Source of the DNA: Toensbergia leucococca
Taxonomy: Eukaryota
DNA length: 64,000 bases
Reading direction: 5' to 3'
Assembly (NCBI GenBank): GCA_022813965.1
Contig: JALDZS010000024.1
Span: forward strand, 1 to 64,000
Notes under the pieces: model-generated
The model's database searches: none
What the model was told of the DNA's origin: nothing
What the model saw: the letters and a program-made list of their open reading frames with translations, nothing else
Program-made: the position numbers and the translations under genes
Part shown: piece by piece, positions 1-12,536 of the stretch
Position numbering within the stretch: the stretch's first letter is position 1
Layout: each line of letters begins with the position of its first letter

Positions 1-1236
1 TTGTATGTGGTGTTGCAAAAGGATTGTTGTCTATTGATCTAGGAGGTGTTTTTGGCCGGGAAGCTTGTTTTTCTTTAATCTTTTCAAAGACCCGGTTTGG
101 ATTGAATGAACTAAGCCGGTATGCTTGAAGGAATTGATGATAGATGATTTCTTGAAGGCCTCGTTGTGCATTTGCTGAAAAACTGACAGAAAATCAAGCT
201 TCCCAAATTCTGTGCTACCGACGCGTATAGAATTATCAATTGCTTCTGAATGATAATGTTTGAATGGCTGAAAAAGGCCTACATCTAACGGCTGCGTAAG
301 ATGCGTAGAATGAGGAGGTAATCTGAATAGAACAATGTTGTGTGTTGTAGCAAAGTCTAGAAATTCTATTGTTAGATGAGATCCGTACCCATCTACAATA
401 AGAAGTCTCCATGCACCGATCTGATATTTCTTGCTATGCTGTTCAAAATGCTTGATCCGATGCAGGGCTATCTCATCATTAGAATAGCCGGAATCACTTG
501 TACAAAAAACAATCTCATCATCTAGATCATTTTTCTGAACCCAGCTGTGTAGAACTTGCTTGCCGGGAAAAATAAGCATGGACGGAATGCTATTGCCGAC
601 AGCGTTGATGCATTCAGCATCAGAGATGTACTTTCTATTCTCAGGATCATGCAGCCGTACAGAAGAGACCTTATGTAGAGAAACAACTCAATGTCCCCGG
701 CCACAGCCTATGCGAAAGCCTGTTTCATCCATATTCCATGTATCTGCGTCCTGAATCCCTTTTTCTACTCGCACGGCATTGTAGGCATCAAAATGTAGGC
801 CTAGGGAAACAGGATCCTCTGCATTTGCACGCTCCACAGCTATAGGCATTTGCTTGCGTTTGAAAAGCTCAGGATGACGTTTGATGAAGCGGGATACCCA
901 TAAAGGACCGATTGTTGGTGGCGGGGAGGGATCAGAATGCCCCTGCGCTAAGAGATAATTTGCAGCGTTATGAATCATCGGAATCCTAGGAGACATATTG
1001 ATCTTATCTAGTCGCTCAACATACTGCATAATAGCTAATTCCTGAGCATCATTTAGACGTTGGTTGGTCCGTGATCGTGTAGATTTAGAAGGGAGTCCTT
1101 TTGCACGCTTTTGAAGACGACGAGGTTCTAGATCAAAATCTATCGCTGCAGATCTCAGAGACGTGTAATCACCATTCTTATACGCGTCTAAGGCCTCCTC
1201 TATTCTTTCCTCCGCGTGATGATAAGAATGAGACAT
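1..1236 (-). pseudogene. DDE transposase pseudogene
   Basis: ORFs 688..1236 and 31..579 are in the same frame, separated by one TGA at 688-690 (GRGH*VVSL). A 1-bp loss near 107-108 breaks the expected TGLV[P]FNPNRV motif, and the shifted frame continues to the window edge. Confidence 0.85.
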
Positions 1237-1286
1237 TGCGTTGATGTATGATGAATGATTGAAAAGATGGTGTATTTATCGCGAAA

Positions 1287-1320
1287 ATGCGACGTTGAGC
1301 TGAATGCGACGTTGAGCTGA
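1287..1320 (+). repeat. Perfect 17-bp tandem duplication (atgcgacgttgagctga x2) in the transposon subterminal region
   Basis: Read directly: 1287-1303 equals 1304-1320. Confidence 0.9.
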
Positions 1321-1757
1321 TGGGCACTAAAGGTGGAACCTTTCGTGGGGAGGATTCGGATGAAATGACGAAATGACCATACCTTGGCACGATTAGATTA
1401 CTTAAAAGTTGGATGCCATATGTGTCGACAGAGAGTACAGTCTGTGATTTCTGAAAGTGTGAATCATTTCAAGACATCATGTACTATTGATTCTTCGAAA
1501 ACCGTCAACCTCCCATCCCATTTGTCCTTCATTTCGCTCTCTAGCACAAGGCACGGGGCATTCTCCTACCAAATTACTGCCATATTGTACCCAGTTCGAA
1601 TATGAATCATCGTAAAAAGCAGACAAATAATAACACTACGGCATGCAACAGGTTTCAACCGAGAGACCAATGCGGACACCCTGAGAAGGCGTGGTAGCGC
1701 GCCAACTGGAGCTTTTGAATGAAAAATGCCAGTCTTAGGAGAGGAATGGGTATTTGA

Positions 1758-3216
1758 CTAGCTTTGCTTGCATTCAGCGGTTTCTTGCTTGGGCTTTGAA
1801 TTATCATCCTGAAAGAGAGATCAGCATTGATGTTAGCGAACAAGCCGCATTAGCGTACCTCTTCCTCGGATTCGTCTTCGTCGTCCTTATCGTCGCTAAG
1901 GTCGTCATCCTCTTCGTCATCCTCATCTTCGAATTCGCCATCCTCTACGTCCTCGTCAAGTTCTTCGAATTGTAAGGCTTTTCCAGTAAACCAGTCAATT
2001 GCACGAGGGATCAATTTCTCTTTGATATCCTCTCCAAGTTGGTAATCGAGCTCCAGACGTTCTTCATTGTCAGGTGATACATCGTCGTCATCCTCGTCGG
2101 AAGCTTTGGGTGGATCGAAGAAATTGAAGAAGGACTCTGTTGGCACGGTTTTCTTTACTACGCGGGTCTGCTTGGTATCTGCTATGTTTTCAGTCTACTT
2201 GAATCATAATGGAGAGGAACAGACTGACTCTTGTTTCGTTGTTTCTTGCTCTCAACTCTCACGGTGAGGTTTTTTCCATCCTTCCAATCAATCTTGTCGC
2301 CTTCAGCATGGTCGTAAATAAATTCACCACCGTAACCACTCTCTTCTTGGTAGAAATAAGTCTTGGTGATGAGTTTATTTGAGAAGTACTCGTTCTCACT
2401 GAACTCAAAGATCAAACGAAATCCGGGTTGGTCAAGATATTCCACACGAATGTCAGTCAGAAGTTTAAGGGCGGGTTCGTCTCGATCTGTAATTAGCTCC
2501 GCTACCGACATCTGGTTCTTCATGGCAGAGAGCCAAAACTCAGGGATTCCCGCAACATCTTCTTTGGTATCATTTTCGGCAGCCGACTCTATTTTGGTTA
2601 TTTCTTCGCTCTCATCCTTCTCCTCAGCTTCGCCAGCCTGAACCTCATCTTCGGTGGGTTCAGTAACACCATTTACAATCTGTGCGCGTTTTTCATAGAG
2701 CGGAGTAAACTTTGAGAAGTACTTCTTTTCAAGTTGCAGCATCTCCTCTTGGAGTTCGGCTTCAAGCTTGGCATGTTCCTTTTGTATCCCATTCAAGCCC
2801 GCGACACGGCGACGAATAGGAGCAGGAAGGGATTCAATATAGCCAGATGAACGCCCCACGAGCGATCCAAGCTTGCCTTGTATCATTTTGACTAGTTTAG
2901 GGTTTTGTGCAAATATCGAAGCAGCAGCGGCGCGATCGAATTCCTCTAGAATGTGAGAGTTTTTTTAGTATACGGGACGTTGACTGAAGAAATACATCAA
3001 CGTGGCAGGCGGGACTTAAGCAGCAGTCATACCTTCCTTAATACTCGCAATGCCAGGTTGTTGGGCATGGGATGAGATTGGAGCATTATTCGCCGGTGTA
3101 TTTTGAGGGGTGCTAGATGAAGACGTTCAGCTTTCCTAACCTTCATGATGATTTAGCTGGCTGACTCACGGAGCTGTCGGCAGATCGAGCTTCTTGTTTC
3201 GAATGGGTTCAGACAT
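1758..3216 (-). CDS. NAP1: Nucleosome assembly protein 1 (multi-exon)
   Basis: Starts MSEPIRNKK. Motifs [22 protein letters not shown] and [25 protein letters not shown], an acidic tail, and a last exon ending AECKQS* (CaaX-type end typical of Nap1). Confidence 0.95.
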
Positions 3217-3664
3217 GGTGACGAAAGGTGATGGTGAAAAAGTGTGGTGAAATATCGTGTGTTGTGTTGAAGAGTGGTTGTGGGGCAACTGTTGAGAAAG
3301 TGAGCAAACGTAAAGCTTTTTTCAAAAGGTGGTGAGTTACTGAGAATCAATGTTGAGAGGCGAAAATTTACCGCACTATTCTAGTGCGAGAGTGTGCCTG
3401 TTTTGTCCAGTTGACGTGTGGAGTTCGCAACCTTCACTTGATAAATGCAAGATCCACAGCGTTGCGTTGAAGTGTGGGATCTTGCAAAAACTAAGGCGTA
3501 GAAATTACAGCCAGTGTATATCTTCGTCCTGATTGTTACATGTATTCAGTGCGCTTTACGGATTGTCGTCCAGCCATACAAGTATGATACAAGTCTTCCA
3601 CGTACCTAGCTTACCTAGATGGGTAAGGTAGGCAGGTAGATTGTTTAGAATACGAGTACGTCCG

Positions 3665-3673
3665 TACTCCGTA
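3665..3673 (-). promoter_or_regulatory. TACGGAGTA motif (NAP1/YPK9 divergent region)
   Basis: Exact TACTCCGTA on the plus strand. Confidence 0.5.
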
Positions 3674-3981
3674 CGTGAATTATGACATAGAACAGGTACC
3701 GAGGTACCTTAGTGAAGCACCGCTGCCCCTCGGTCCGTCATATTCTACATTGATGATCCCGGCGAAAAGTCTTGGCGGCATGATTTCACTTTCTTGAGTT
3801 GACGAGGACCTTATCTTACATGTGTACTGTGTGCGTAGAAACGGTGATACTCACCTCTTCCGTTGGAACAACTTAGTCCTCAACTTGGGAGGAGCATCTT
3901 TCGCCTCATGACAATGTCTATGAGAGGAGTGTGAGAAATTGCAGGGACAGTGCTGGCGACAGGCACAAAAATTGCACTGCA

Positions 3982-6900
3982 ATGAACGATACTAATCAAC
4001 CCCCGGCGAGGTTGCGCCAGGGCAGTGCTTGGAGCAATCTTACAAGTCGTGGCAACCCTCCGAGTGCCCTGTATCGCTCCAGCTCCAATATGAGCAGGTC
4101 AGTTTGTGTCCATTTGGATACGCAGAAGACGGCCTGACTGTGCAGCAGCGCTAGCTTTGTATCTGACGTTGAGATGGCGCATGACGAAGTCAGCACACCT
4201 AGATCCAACAGTGCTACTCTCAGGAATATACTCATAATCATAGGTCTTCTCAGGTCCAATGTCAGAAAGCGTTCCGTCTAGCACAACGGGCTTTGCCCAT
4301 CGACACTCGAGAGCAGATTCAAAATCTAGCTTTACTTATTTTCAAGACAATGAAGAATCACCAGATTGGCCCGATGATGAGGTGATTATAGATGAAAGTG
4401 ATGAAGATATCGACATCAGTAAACAGCTTAACAAAGATTTAGAATCTGGGCCAAACTCACCGTTAAGGCGGAAATCTTCGAGCTACTCCAGAATTACCAC
4501 AGAAGATCCTCTCATTTATCGCCATGACTCTGCTAAGACAGAAGCAAGTGGGGAAGGCCGAGCTGGTAGAACCAGCCAGAAAGTCTATATTGTCACTGAA
4601 GATTTGACCATTGTTGTGGCTGGCTTCACAACGAGAACTTTGGGCTACTGTTTCTACATAACGCTATGCACCATAACGCTAGGGCTGGCGTACCTGGTTC
4701 TTCGCTGGCTTCCTCGGTGGCGTGTCCGTCTGACTGGTTGTCCAAAGCCTTTGCGGGACTGCACATGGGTTGTCATCGAGGTAAGAGCAACTTCCTACCA
4801 AATTATTTCCAAAGTAATTGCTAAATTGATCAGAACCAATGGGGAGAGTTCACCGTTCATGGAGTAGCAAAGGTACCTTACGGGCACTCGATATCCTCAG
4901 TCTTCGGATCACAGGAGGGAAAACATTTTCGAGAGTTTGACGAGGATGATGATCCCATGATGGTCTATCTGCGTTTTCTTGATTACCGCTATATTAGATT
5001 CTGTTTTCATCCCCTGAAAGACAAATTTGTGCTTCGTAGCAATTGGAAGGATCCTATCTGGACGGACGTGAGGTCCATCAGAGTTGGTCTAGATAGTGAT
5101 GAACGACATAAAAGAGAGCAAGTTTTTGGCGCAAACCTCATTGATATACAGCAGAAGTCGATTCCCCAGCTCCTCGTTGATGAAGTGAGTATCAGTAACA
5201 AAGTTTCTTATGAAGCATGTCTAACTCCGGCAGGCATTTCACCCTTTTTATGTCTTCCAAATCGCAAGCCTGATACTTTGGTCTCTTGACGAATACTATT
5301 ACTATGCAGTGTGCATATTTCTCATATCCGTCATCAGCATTACCACAACGTTGTTCGAAACCAGATCGGTAGGCCTGTCCTCTAAAACACCAGGGTCGAC
5401 CTGACTGAAAGATAGACTTTGAGGCGTCTCCGCGAGATCTCACGCTTCCAGTGTGATGTGAGAGTTCTGCGCAACGGTTTCTGTAAGTTATAGCTTGAGA
5501 TGTCACCGTGTCATAGAAACTTAGTCGTGTTAGGGCGACATGTGGTTAGCAGCGAACTTGTGCCGGGGGATGTGTATGAAGTATCAGATCCATCCCTTAC
5601 GCAGTTTCCCTGCGATAGCTTGCTGTTGGCTGGTGACTGCATAGTGAACGAGAGTATGCTTACAGGTACGAACATATCCAAATTCAGCACCGAGTTACGC
5701 TGATGAAGAAATCAGGCGAGTCGGTCCCTGTCTCCAAGATCCCCGCAACGGACGAGTCCCTAGATCTACTCGATCTGAGTGCTACTTCCATACATCCGGA
5801 CATCGCCAAGCATTTCTTATTCAGTGGAACCAAGATTGTGCGTGCCAGACGTCCGCAGGATGGCCAGGATGATGAAGCGGTTGCACTAGCCCTTGTTGTC
5901 AGAATTGGTTTCAATACCACTAAAGGCGCTTTGGTTCGTTCAATGCTCTTTCCAAAACCCTCAGGCTTCAAATTCTATAAAGACTCCTTTCGGTATATAT
6001 CTGTCATGGGTGGAGTGGCAGGGGTGGGTTTCATCGCCTCTTTCATCAACTTTCTCCGCCTTCATGTAGGCCATGTTGAGAGCTACGATTGCCATCACTC
6101 GCTGATCATCTGTAGTTGGCATGGCATTTGATCATTGTCCGAGCATTGGACCTGATAACTATAGTCGTTCCTCCTGCATTACCTGCAACGTTGACTATTG
6201 GCACGAATTTTGCATTGTCTCGTTTAAAGAAGAAGCAAATTTTCTGCATCAGCCCACAGAGGTAAGCACAATATGGTTTAGACTTTTATGGGATGGAACC
6301 AACATCTCGTAGGGTCAACGTAGGAGGGAAACTAGACATCATCTGCTTTGACAAGACCGGAACCCTGACCGAAGATGGTCTAGATGTTCTGGGGATGAGG
6401 GTCGTTCACCGGCCAGTAATGAGGTATTATCAGAACGAGTCATTACTCACAACGAATGCTGACAACTAGAAGGTTCAGTGATATCCTCAACGATGCGTCG
6501 GCCGTGCTCCCAGGCTCGGCTTATGAACGCGACCCTACTGTAAATTACAAAATCCACAAAGCTGCTCTTTATACGATGGCTACGTGTCACTCATTACGAG
6601 TCGTGGAAGGCGAGCTTGTGGGGGATCCTTTAGATCTCAAGATGTTTGAATTCACAGGCTGGTCCCTTGAAGAGAGCGGACAGAAACCTCGAACAATCGA
6701 AGACGATGAAGACAACAGGTTATCTCCTTCAATTGCGAGACCTCCGGTAGGATTAGAATTTGACATTGACAGTGAAGAGTCTACGACGTTACATACTGTA
6801 GTTTCATCCAGCTTCTTCAGATGGCGCAGCTAATTCGGACTAGCAGGTTTCGCCGATAGAATTAGGAATTCTAAAGTCATTTGAGTTCATTTCACAACTC

Positions 6901-9021
6901 CGTAGGGCTAGTGTTGTGGTCAGGCAATTTGGGGCCTCGAGTGGAGACGTCTATGTTAAAGGCGCACCCGAATGCATGAAGGATATCTGCCTCCCTGAAA
7001 GCTGTATGTAATTCTTTCGCGAATGATCATGATTAAGCCGGTCAGTGTAGTCTGATTGTTTTTCTCTTAGTCCCTAGTGACTACGAGGAATTGCTGAACT
7101 ACTACACCCACCGAGGGTTCAGAGTCATTGCCTGCGCAACGAAGCACATTCAGAAGCTGAATTGGGTCAAGGTGCAGACGATGAAACGACCCGAAGCGGA
7201 ATCAGAGCTTGACTTCGTAGGGTTCATTGTGTTTGAGAACAAGCTCAAGCCTACTACTACTGAAGTTATGAACGAACTCAACGACGCCGGCTTGAGGAAG
7301 GTCATGTGCACTGGAGATAACATCCTGACTGCCATTAGTGTTGCTCGAGAGTGTCATCTTATTGACCGAACTGCGCATTGCTTCGTGCCCCGATTCTTAC
7401 AAGGTGTGTATTCTACGACTCTTACTGCTACAATCGCTGAACTCCTTGTAGGTGAGCGTGAAGATCCTAAGGCTCGCCTACTATGGCAAAGCGTCGACAA
7501 TCCAATGTACGAGCTGGACGAGAACACGCTTAAGGTATGAGCTACGTTCTGAGGTTGGGAAAGCCTCTCTGACTGCCATAGCCATTACCACCGCCACCAG
7601 ATTGCGATGCGTCACTTCCCTACGATGTCTCGAATTTGAGGAACTACTCACTGGCTATCACTGGAGACGTTTTCAGATGGGTTGTCGAATACGGAAATGA
7701 AGACGTTCTGAAGCGCGTAAGTCCAGTCTCGTAGATCTACCATATCTGATAGCTTACATGGCGTAGATGCTTGTCTACGGTCAAGTCTTTGCGAGAATGT
7801 CACCTGATGAAAAGCACGAATTAGTGGAAAAGCTTCAGAGTATTGACTACTGTTGTGGTTTCTGTGGCGACGGAGCAAATGATTGCGGCGCTCTCAAGGC
7901 TGCAGACGTTGGTATCTCTTTATCTGAGGCGGAGGCTTCCGTAGCCGCGCCTTTTACCAGCCGAATATTTGACATATCATGTGTGCCCGAAGTCATTCGG
8001 TATGGATTCGCTTGAACATGCCAACGAGAGCTACTGACGTGTCCATTAGCGAAGGCCGTGCTGCCCTGGTGACTAGCTTTTGCTGCTTTAAGTATATGAG
8101 TCTATACTCGGCCATTCAGTTTACTTCAGTCAGCTTTCTCTACGCATCTGCGTCAAATCTGGGAGATTTCCAAGTACGCAATGCTCAATATCACAGTCGA
8201 GCGTCTTACTTACTGTGATGTAGTTTCTCTTCATCGATCTATTCTTGATTCTCCCTATTGCCATCTTTAGTAGATCTAGTACCCTAAGCTCCCTAGGTAT
8301 TTTTGGCTGACGATTGGACAGTGGGCTGGACTGGAGCATATCCGACTTTATGTCGCAAACGCCCAACGGCAAGCCTTGTTTCGCGGAAGGTTCTCACACC
8401 ATTACTTGGTCAAATCTCGATATGCATACTCATCCAATCGGTTGGATTCGAGGCTGTACAAGAGCAACCATGGTACTAGATATGCATCTATTAGACTTGA
8501 AATAAAAGCCTATGACTGACGATAAACTAGGTTTATTCCCCCAAAACTAAACAAGGAAAAGTCGAACGTCGAGAACTCGGAGAACACAACTTTGTTCTTG
8601 GTCTCATGCTTCCTTTACATACTCTCCGGTATTGTACTAAGTGTTGGGCCACCTTTCAGACAGTCTATGACACAGAACTGTGAGTTGAGTGTCCGAGATT
8701 TGCTTGTGAGGCTTAGTCGCTGACTTTATTGAAGTGCCATTCGTTGTCACTATTGTCGCAGCTTTGCTGTTCTCTTCATACATGTTACTGGACCCAGCAG
8801 CTTGGCTAGTAACCTTCATGCAGTTGACAGAAATTCCTCTTCCGTTCAAACTGTTCATACTCATTCTAGCGCTTGGCGGTTTCGCATGTGCCTGGGTTGC
8901 TGAGCAACGTGTCTTCTCATGGATTGCCGGCGCGATTGGAAGGACGCACGACATGCTATGGCCACATCAGCGGAAGAAGCGAAAGCAATACAAGGTACTT
9001 TTTGAAGCTACGCGATTTTAG
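3982..9021 (+). CDS. YPK9: P5B-type ATPase (Ypk9/ATP13A2-like), many introns
   Basis: LTGES motif, PPALPA in M4, FDKTGTLT phosphorylation motif (~6347-6370), KGAPE, MCTGDN and [12 protein letters not shown]. Start codon is approximate. Confidence 0.93.
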
Positions 9022-9519
9022 ACGAGGATTAGGAGAAATAGTCGTAGATACAAGTTTCATGGAGCCTCCTCCGCAGTCATTGAATCAAGGTCGCAACAAT
9101 ATGCAACTTGGGAGCACGGCGATAATGTCCTCAATTGAAGTACCCCTAATTTATCTCTACAGCTTCACTGACACTGCGCACAACTGTTCAGGTAGGAGTT
9201 CCAAACGTTTGAAATCCAGAACTGAGAATACAAGTAATTTCTATTCATGAGGTACAACTTGATTTTCAGTCAGAATTAGCTTGAGTGGCTTGAAATTACC
9301 GTGTGTGCCTGTATCCGTACAGTACCTTGCACCTGAGTGTGTATTGACGTCCATGACATCACAAGCATAGGTAATACTGCAAAGGTTAGGTGAGATTAAG
9401 AATAACTAAGAGATAGGCTAAGAGGGTAAACATTCATAATGCCTCAAAAGCAATACTCGAGGATCAAGAAAGAAGACGAAATAGAGTATCATAACGTTTA
9501 ATTTGTGTTTTTTTGGCTA

Positions 9520-10024
9520 CTAAGACAAAATCTCAGACTTCGTGATCTCTCGTGATTTATCGCAGGTGATGTAGACCGTGTTCTTAATCCCATGCTTTGA
9601 GGTCTTTGTTCGACTCTTCTTTACATTATAACCTTGAGGGCCGGCGTGCTTCTGAACAGCGGTCATGAGGGCGTTTAGAGTAGCGTGCTCCACCCCTAGT
9701 AGAGCCGTGGGTGGAGCAAGACTCATGGCTGTGAGTGGAGGTGGAGGTGAGGGTTCGAGTTCATCAAGTGGGGGAAAATCGAAATCGGTGGTGGAGAATT
9801 AGGTGAAAACGTGGTACGATATCAGGATGATTCCCTAGGTAGTTTGGCTTCTAGATGGCACGCAAATGGAACAACTAAATGGCTTGCAAAGTGGTAGGGA
9901 ATCGAGGCAGGATGTGGTGCAGAATGATAAAATTTCCCTCGGTGATTTTGCGCCCGGGCCCTAGTTGGGGTGGGGGTGGGGTGTAGATGTACCTAGCCAA
10001 AGGGGGGGTAGGATTAGCAGTACC
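9520..10024 (-). mobile_element. Truncated Mutator-like (MULE) transposon remnant
   Basis: ORF 9520..9726 (…AVQKHAGPQGYNVKKSRTK…VYITCDKS) resembles the FAR1-like N-terminus of fungal MULE transposases, then stops. A G/C-run block at 9950-10024 could be the terminal region. No matching second TIR was seen. Confidence 0.55.
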
Positions 10025-10424
10025 CATTTGACATATGCACATGGGTATTGTTTGATTTGTGTAAATCAAAAGAAAAACAGACCGTGAAAAATTGCATGCA
10101 ACTAAAAGCATGTTACAAATACATCAGAAATCCTTACCTTTTGCCTTTTTATGTAGATCATGATATATTCTCATACCCTGCAGCTATTACTGTGGGTCGT
10201 AATGCACCAAATAATTGTGGGCCTTTTGGAGGGCCAAGTATCTCAGGGGCGCATTGGATTGCATGACGTATTAATGAATTTATTATCTGTTGTCAATTGC
10301 TCTCCTCGTAGATTGCTTCTGCAACACCTCACCTTGATAATGTATAAGTACTGAATGCTGTGGAACACCTGGGTCTTCGGCATATGCGTTAATCACTTAA
10401 TTGATCGATAGGCAAAACAAGAAT

Positions 10425-11625
10425 ATGAACTATGGTGCGTGAACACTATTGAAATAATATTGATTACACTACAACACAGATAGATTGGATCCTTGACGGA
10501 GGCTACCTGCCTCAATCCATCATTCGTTTTGGCATCCGGCGACAGCTGCAAGAACGTATCCGCAATATTCGAAGCACCTCTCTTGAACAGGAATACAAAG
10601 GTAAGATGCAATACGTTCAGGCACTGCGGAAACGACCGATAGCAATCCAAACAGCAACTGCCAACGAGCAGCATTACGAGGTTGGTACTGGTATTCTAAA
10701 AGCTTGTCTGGGACCCAGGATGAAATACAGCTGTTGTCTGTACCCAACAGGCATGGAGACATTGGGCCAGGCCGAGGTGGCCATGTTGGAGACTTATATC
10801 GACAAGGCGGAACTGAATGATGGGCAAAAGATTCTAGACCTCGGGTGCGCGGAGAGATCCCAATCTATGCAATGTACCACTGATACGTGACCCTTGAAGC
10901 TGCGGCTGGGGCTCTGGAGCACTTTTCTTTGCCGAACTTTTTCCAAATTCCCGCGTTACGGCTTTCTCCAACTCGAGAACGCAGAAGGAATACATTGATG
11001 GCCAGGCTAGTGGAAAAGGTCTCAAAAACCTTACGGTAGTCACGGGAGATGTAGTAGACTACGAGTTCGAGAGCGCCAGCTTTGATCGAGTAGTATCTAT
11101 CGAGCTCTTCGAGCACATGAAGAACTACGAACTTCTTATGGCAAAGGTAGCTCGCGCGCTGAAACCAGGAGGGAAATTGTTCGTGCATATATTCGCCCAC
11201 AAAACGACCCCGTACGACTTCGAAAATGGGTGGATGAGTACTTACTTTTTCTCTGGTGGGACTATGCCAAGCGCCGACTTGTTACACTACTTCCAGGACG
11301 ACCTAAGGTTACAAGAGCAGTGGTGGGTTAGCGGTAAGCACTATTCGATGACGTGTGAAGTAAGTATTCTTCCCCGAGTTAAGAGTAGTATTTCGAGAAA
11401 CATATGTGCTTAGACTGCTTTCAGGACTGGCTTTCGAAGATGAGTGCGTGCAAGAAGGAGATCTGGCCCCATTTAGAAGAGACATATGGGAAGTATAACG
11501 CGACTATGTGGTTTAATAGGTGGCAGATCTTTTACATGGCATGCGCAGAACTTTTCGCGTACGAGGGTGGAGACACATGGGGCGTATCACATCATCTCTT
11601 TCAGAAGCCGCACAATATGCCTTGA
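10425..11625 (+). CDS. SAM-dependent methyltransferase, CMAS/coclaurine N-methyltransferase-like family
   Basis: ANEQHYEV, LGPRMKYSCCLY, ILDLG|CGWGS (SAM motif I split by an intron), VVSIELFEHMKNY, FFSGGTMPS and RWQIFYMACAELF. Four exons. Confidence 0.9.
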
Positions 11626-11801
11626 ACTTCATCCTCCATCTCGATAGAAGATATGCATAGTTACAAAAGTTTTGCAAATTGTCTCTTCGAGTATGTGTCG
11701 CCTCGAACCGTACCTGAGGTAGTCTTTTACTTTCCCTAGCAGGTTTCCTCGGCGGTATTCTTGAATGGGACGAACTGGAGTATGCAGATAAGGCTTGATG
11801 A

Positions 11802-12064
11802 TCAATGATCCCAAGGATGTTTCCATCCTAACAACGCTGGCCCGTCCTTCTTCGCACGGTACATGAGCTGTATTGAGGTCAACTGGTGGCCGTGGGGCGC
11901 AACATTGTGAAGACGTACGAAGAACCACATTGAGGCACCCAGTAGGGTTGCAGAGTACCGATAAAGAGGTCGTACCTGAGTATCGAGTCGATCAAATTGT
12001 ATGTTTTCAAAATGATAGAGGGTAAACCTACCGGGTGAATGTGAATTGGGTGGTTTCCAGCCAT
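11802..12064 (-). CDS. Complex I accessory subunit NDUFB2/AGGG-like, 51 aa, 3 coding exons (12064-12032, 11975-11919, 11867-11802)
   Basis: Splicing canonical GT-AG introns gives MAGNHPIHIHP-VRPLYRYSATLLGASMWFF-LMYRAKKDGPALLGWKHPWDH*, which carries the family-type LGASMWFF..YR.K.DG..LLG..HPW signature. Confidence 0.88.
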
Positions 12065-12244
12065 CGGGTACACTGTGACAAGACTATGAAATCAGTAGCC
12101 TTGTCACGAGACAAGAATTTCGAGGCGTACCTAATGGTCAATGAATTTCCAGTGAGGCTCGATGATATGTTGAGTAAGGATAACGAGGGAGGTGTAGTCA
12201 GCATCTCCCTGCTCTGCTAGGTATTTTGAGATTTACGATACTAG

Positions 12245-12253
12245 TACGGAGTA
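12245..12253 (+). promoter_or_regulatory. TACGGAGTA motif (NDUFB2-like/BUR1 divergent region)
   Basis: Exact match. Confidence 0.5.
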
Positions 12254-12536
12254 TATTACCGTTATATATACTAGTGTCTTATGGAAAGGTCTCTTATTTT
12301 AATGTTAGCCACAATGCTCCATAGTTTAGTAGGTATCTTCTGAACTTTCACAAAAGCAACCAGAATAGCACCAGGAACCAACTTCTTTTTAATCTTGCAT
12401 GATGAAATTTGGATTTAGAATCCCTCAATTATATATCCTGATCGTTGTGCAGCAAACGCAGGGCTGATACCGTCTCGATGACAGCTTCAACCTCCATCTG
12501 TAGCTACGCGCGACCATCCCATTGTCTCAAGGCGCA

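Larger units (their letters stand above)
1..1435 (-). mobile_element. Degenerate pogo/Fot1-type (Tc1/mariner superfamily) DNA transposon, running off the left edge
   Basis: Transposase ORF starts at 1236. It has an HTH-like N-terminus, a CENP-B-type HTH (WVSRFIKRHP), and DDE_1 motifs NMDETGF, LLIVDGYGSH and LPPHSTHLTQPLDVGLFQPFK. The right boundary is a guess, placed at the TA at 1436-1437; the other TIR is outside the window. Confidence 0.85.

Noticed and set aside
688..690. In-frame TGA in the transposase as programmed readthrough or a recoded Trp
   Set aside because: The same ORF also has a frameshift, and neighbouring genes use TGA as a normal stop. Simple decay is more parsimonious. If the codon was TGG, the change is not in the canonical CpA RIP context either.
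10425..11625. Methyltransferase (and the MDR transporter) as parts of a secondary-metabolite cluster
   Set aside because: Neighbours within the window are housekeeping genes, and no PKS, NRPS or terpene synthase is present. The region beyond 64000 is unseen.
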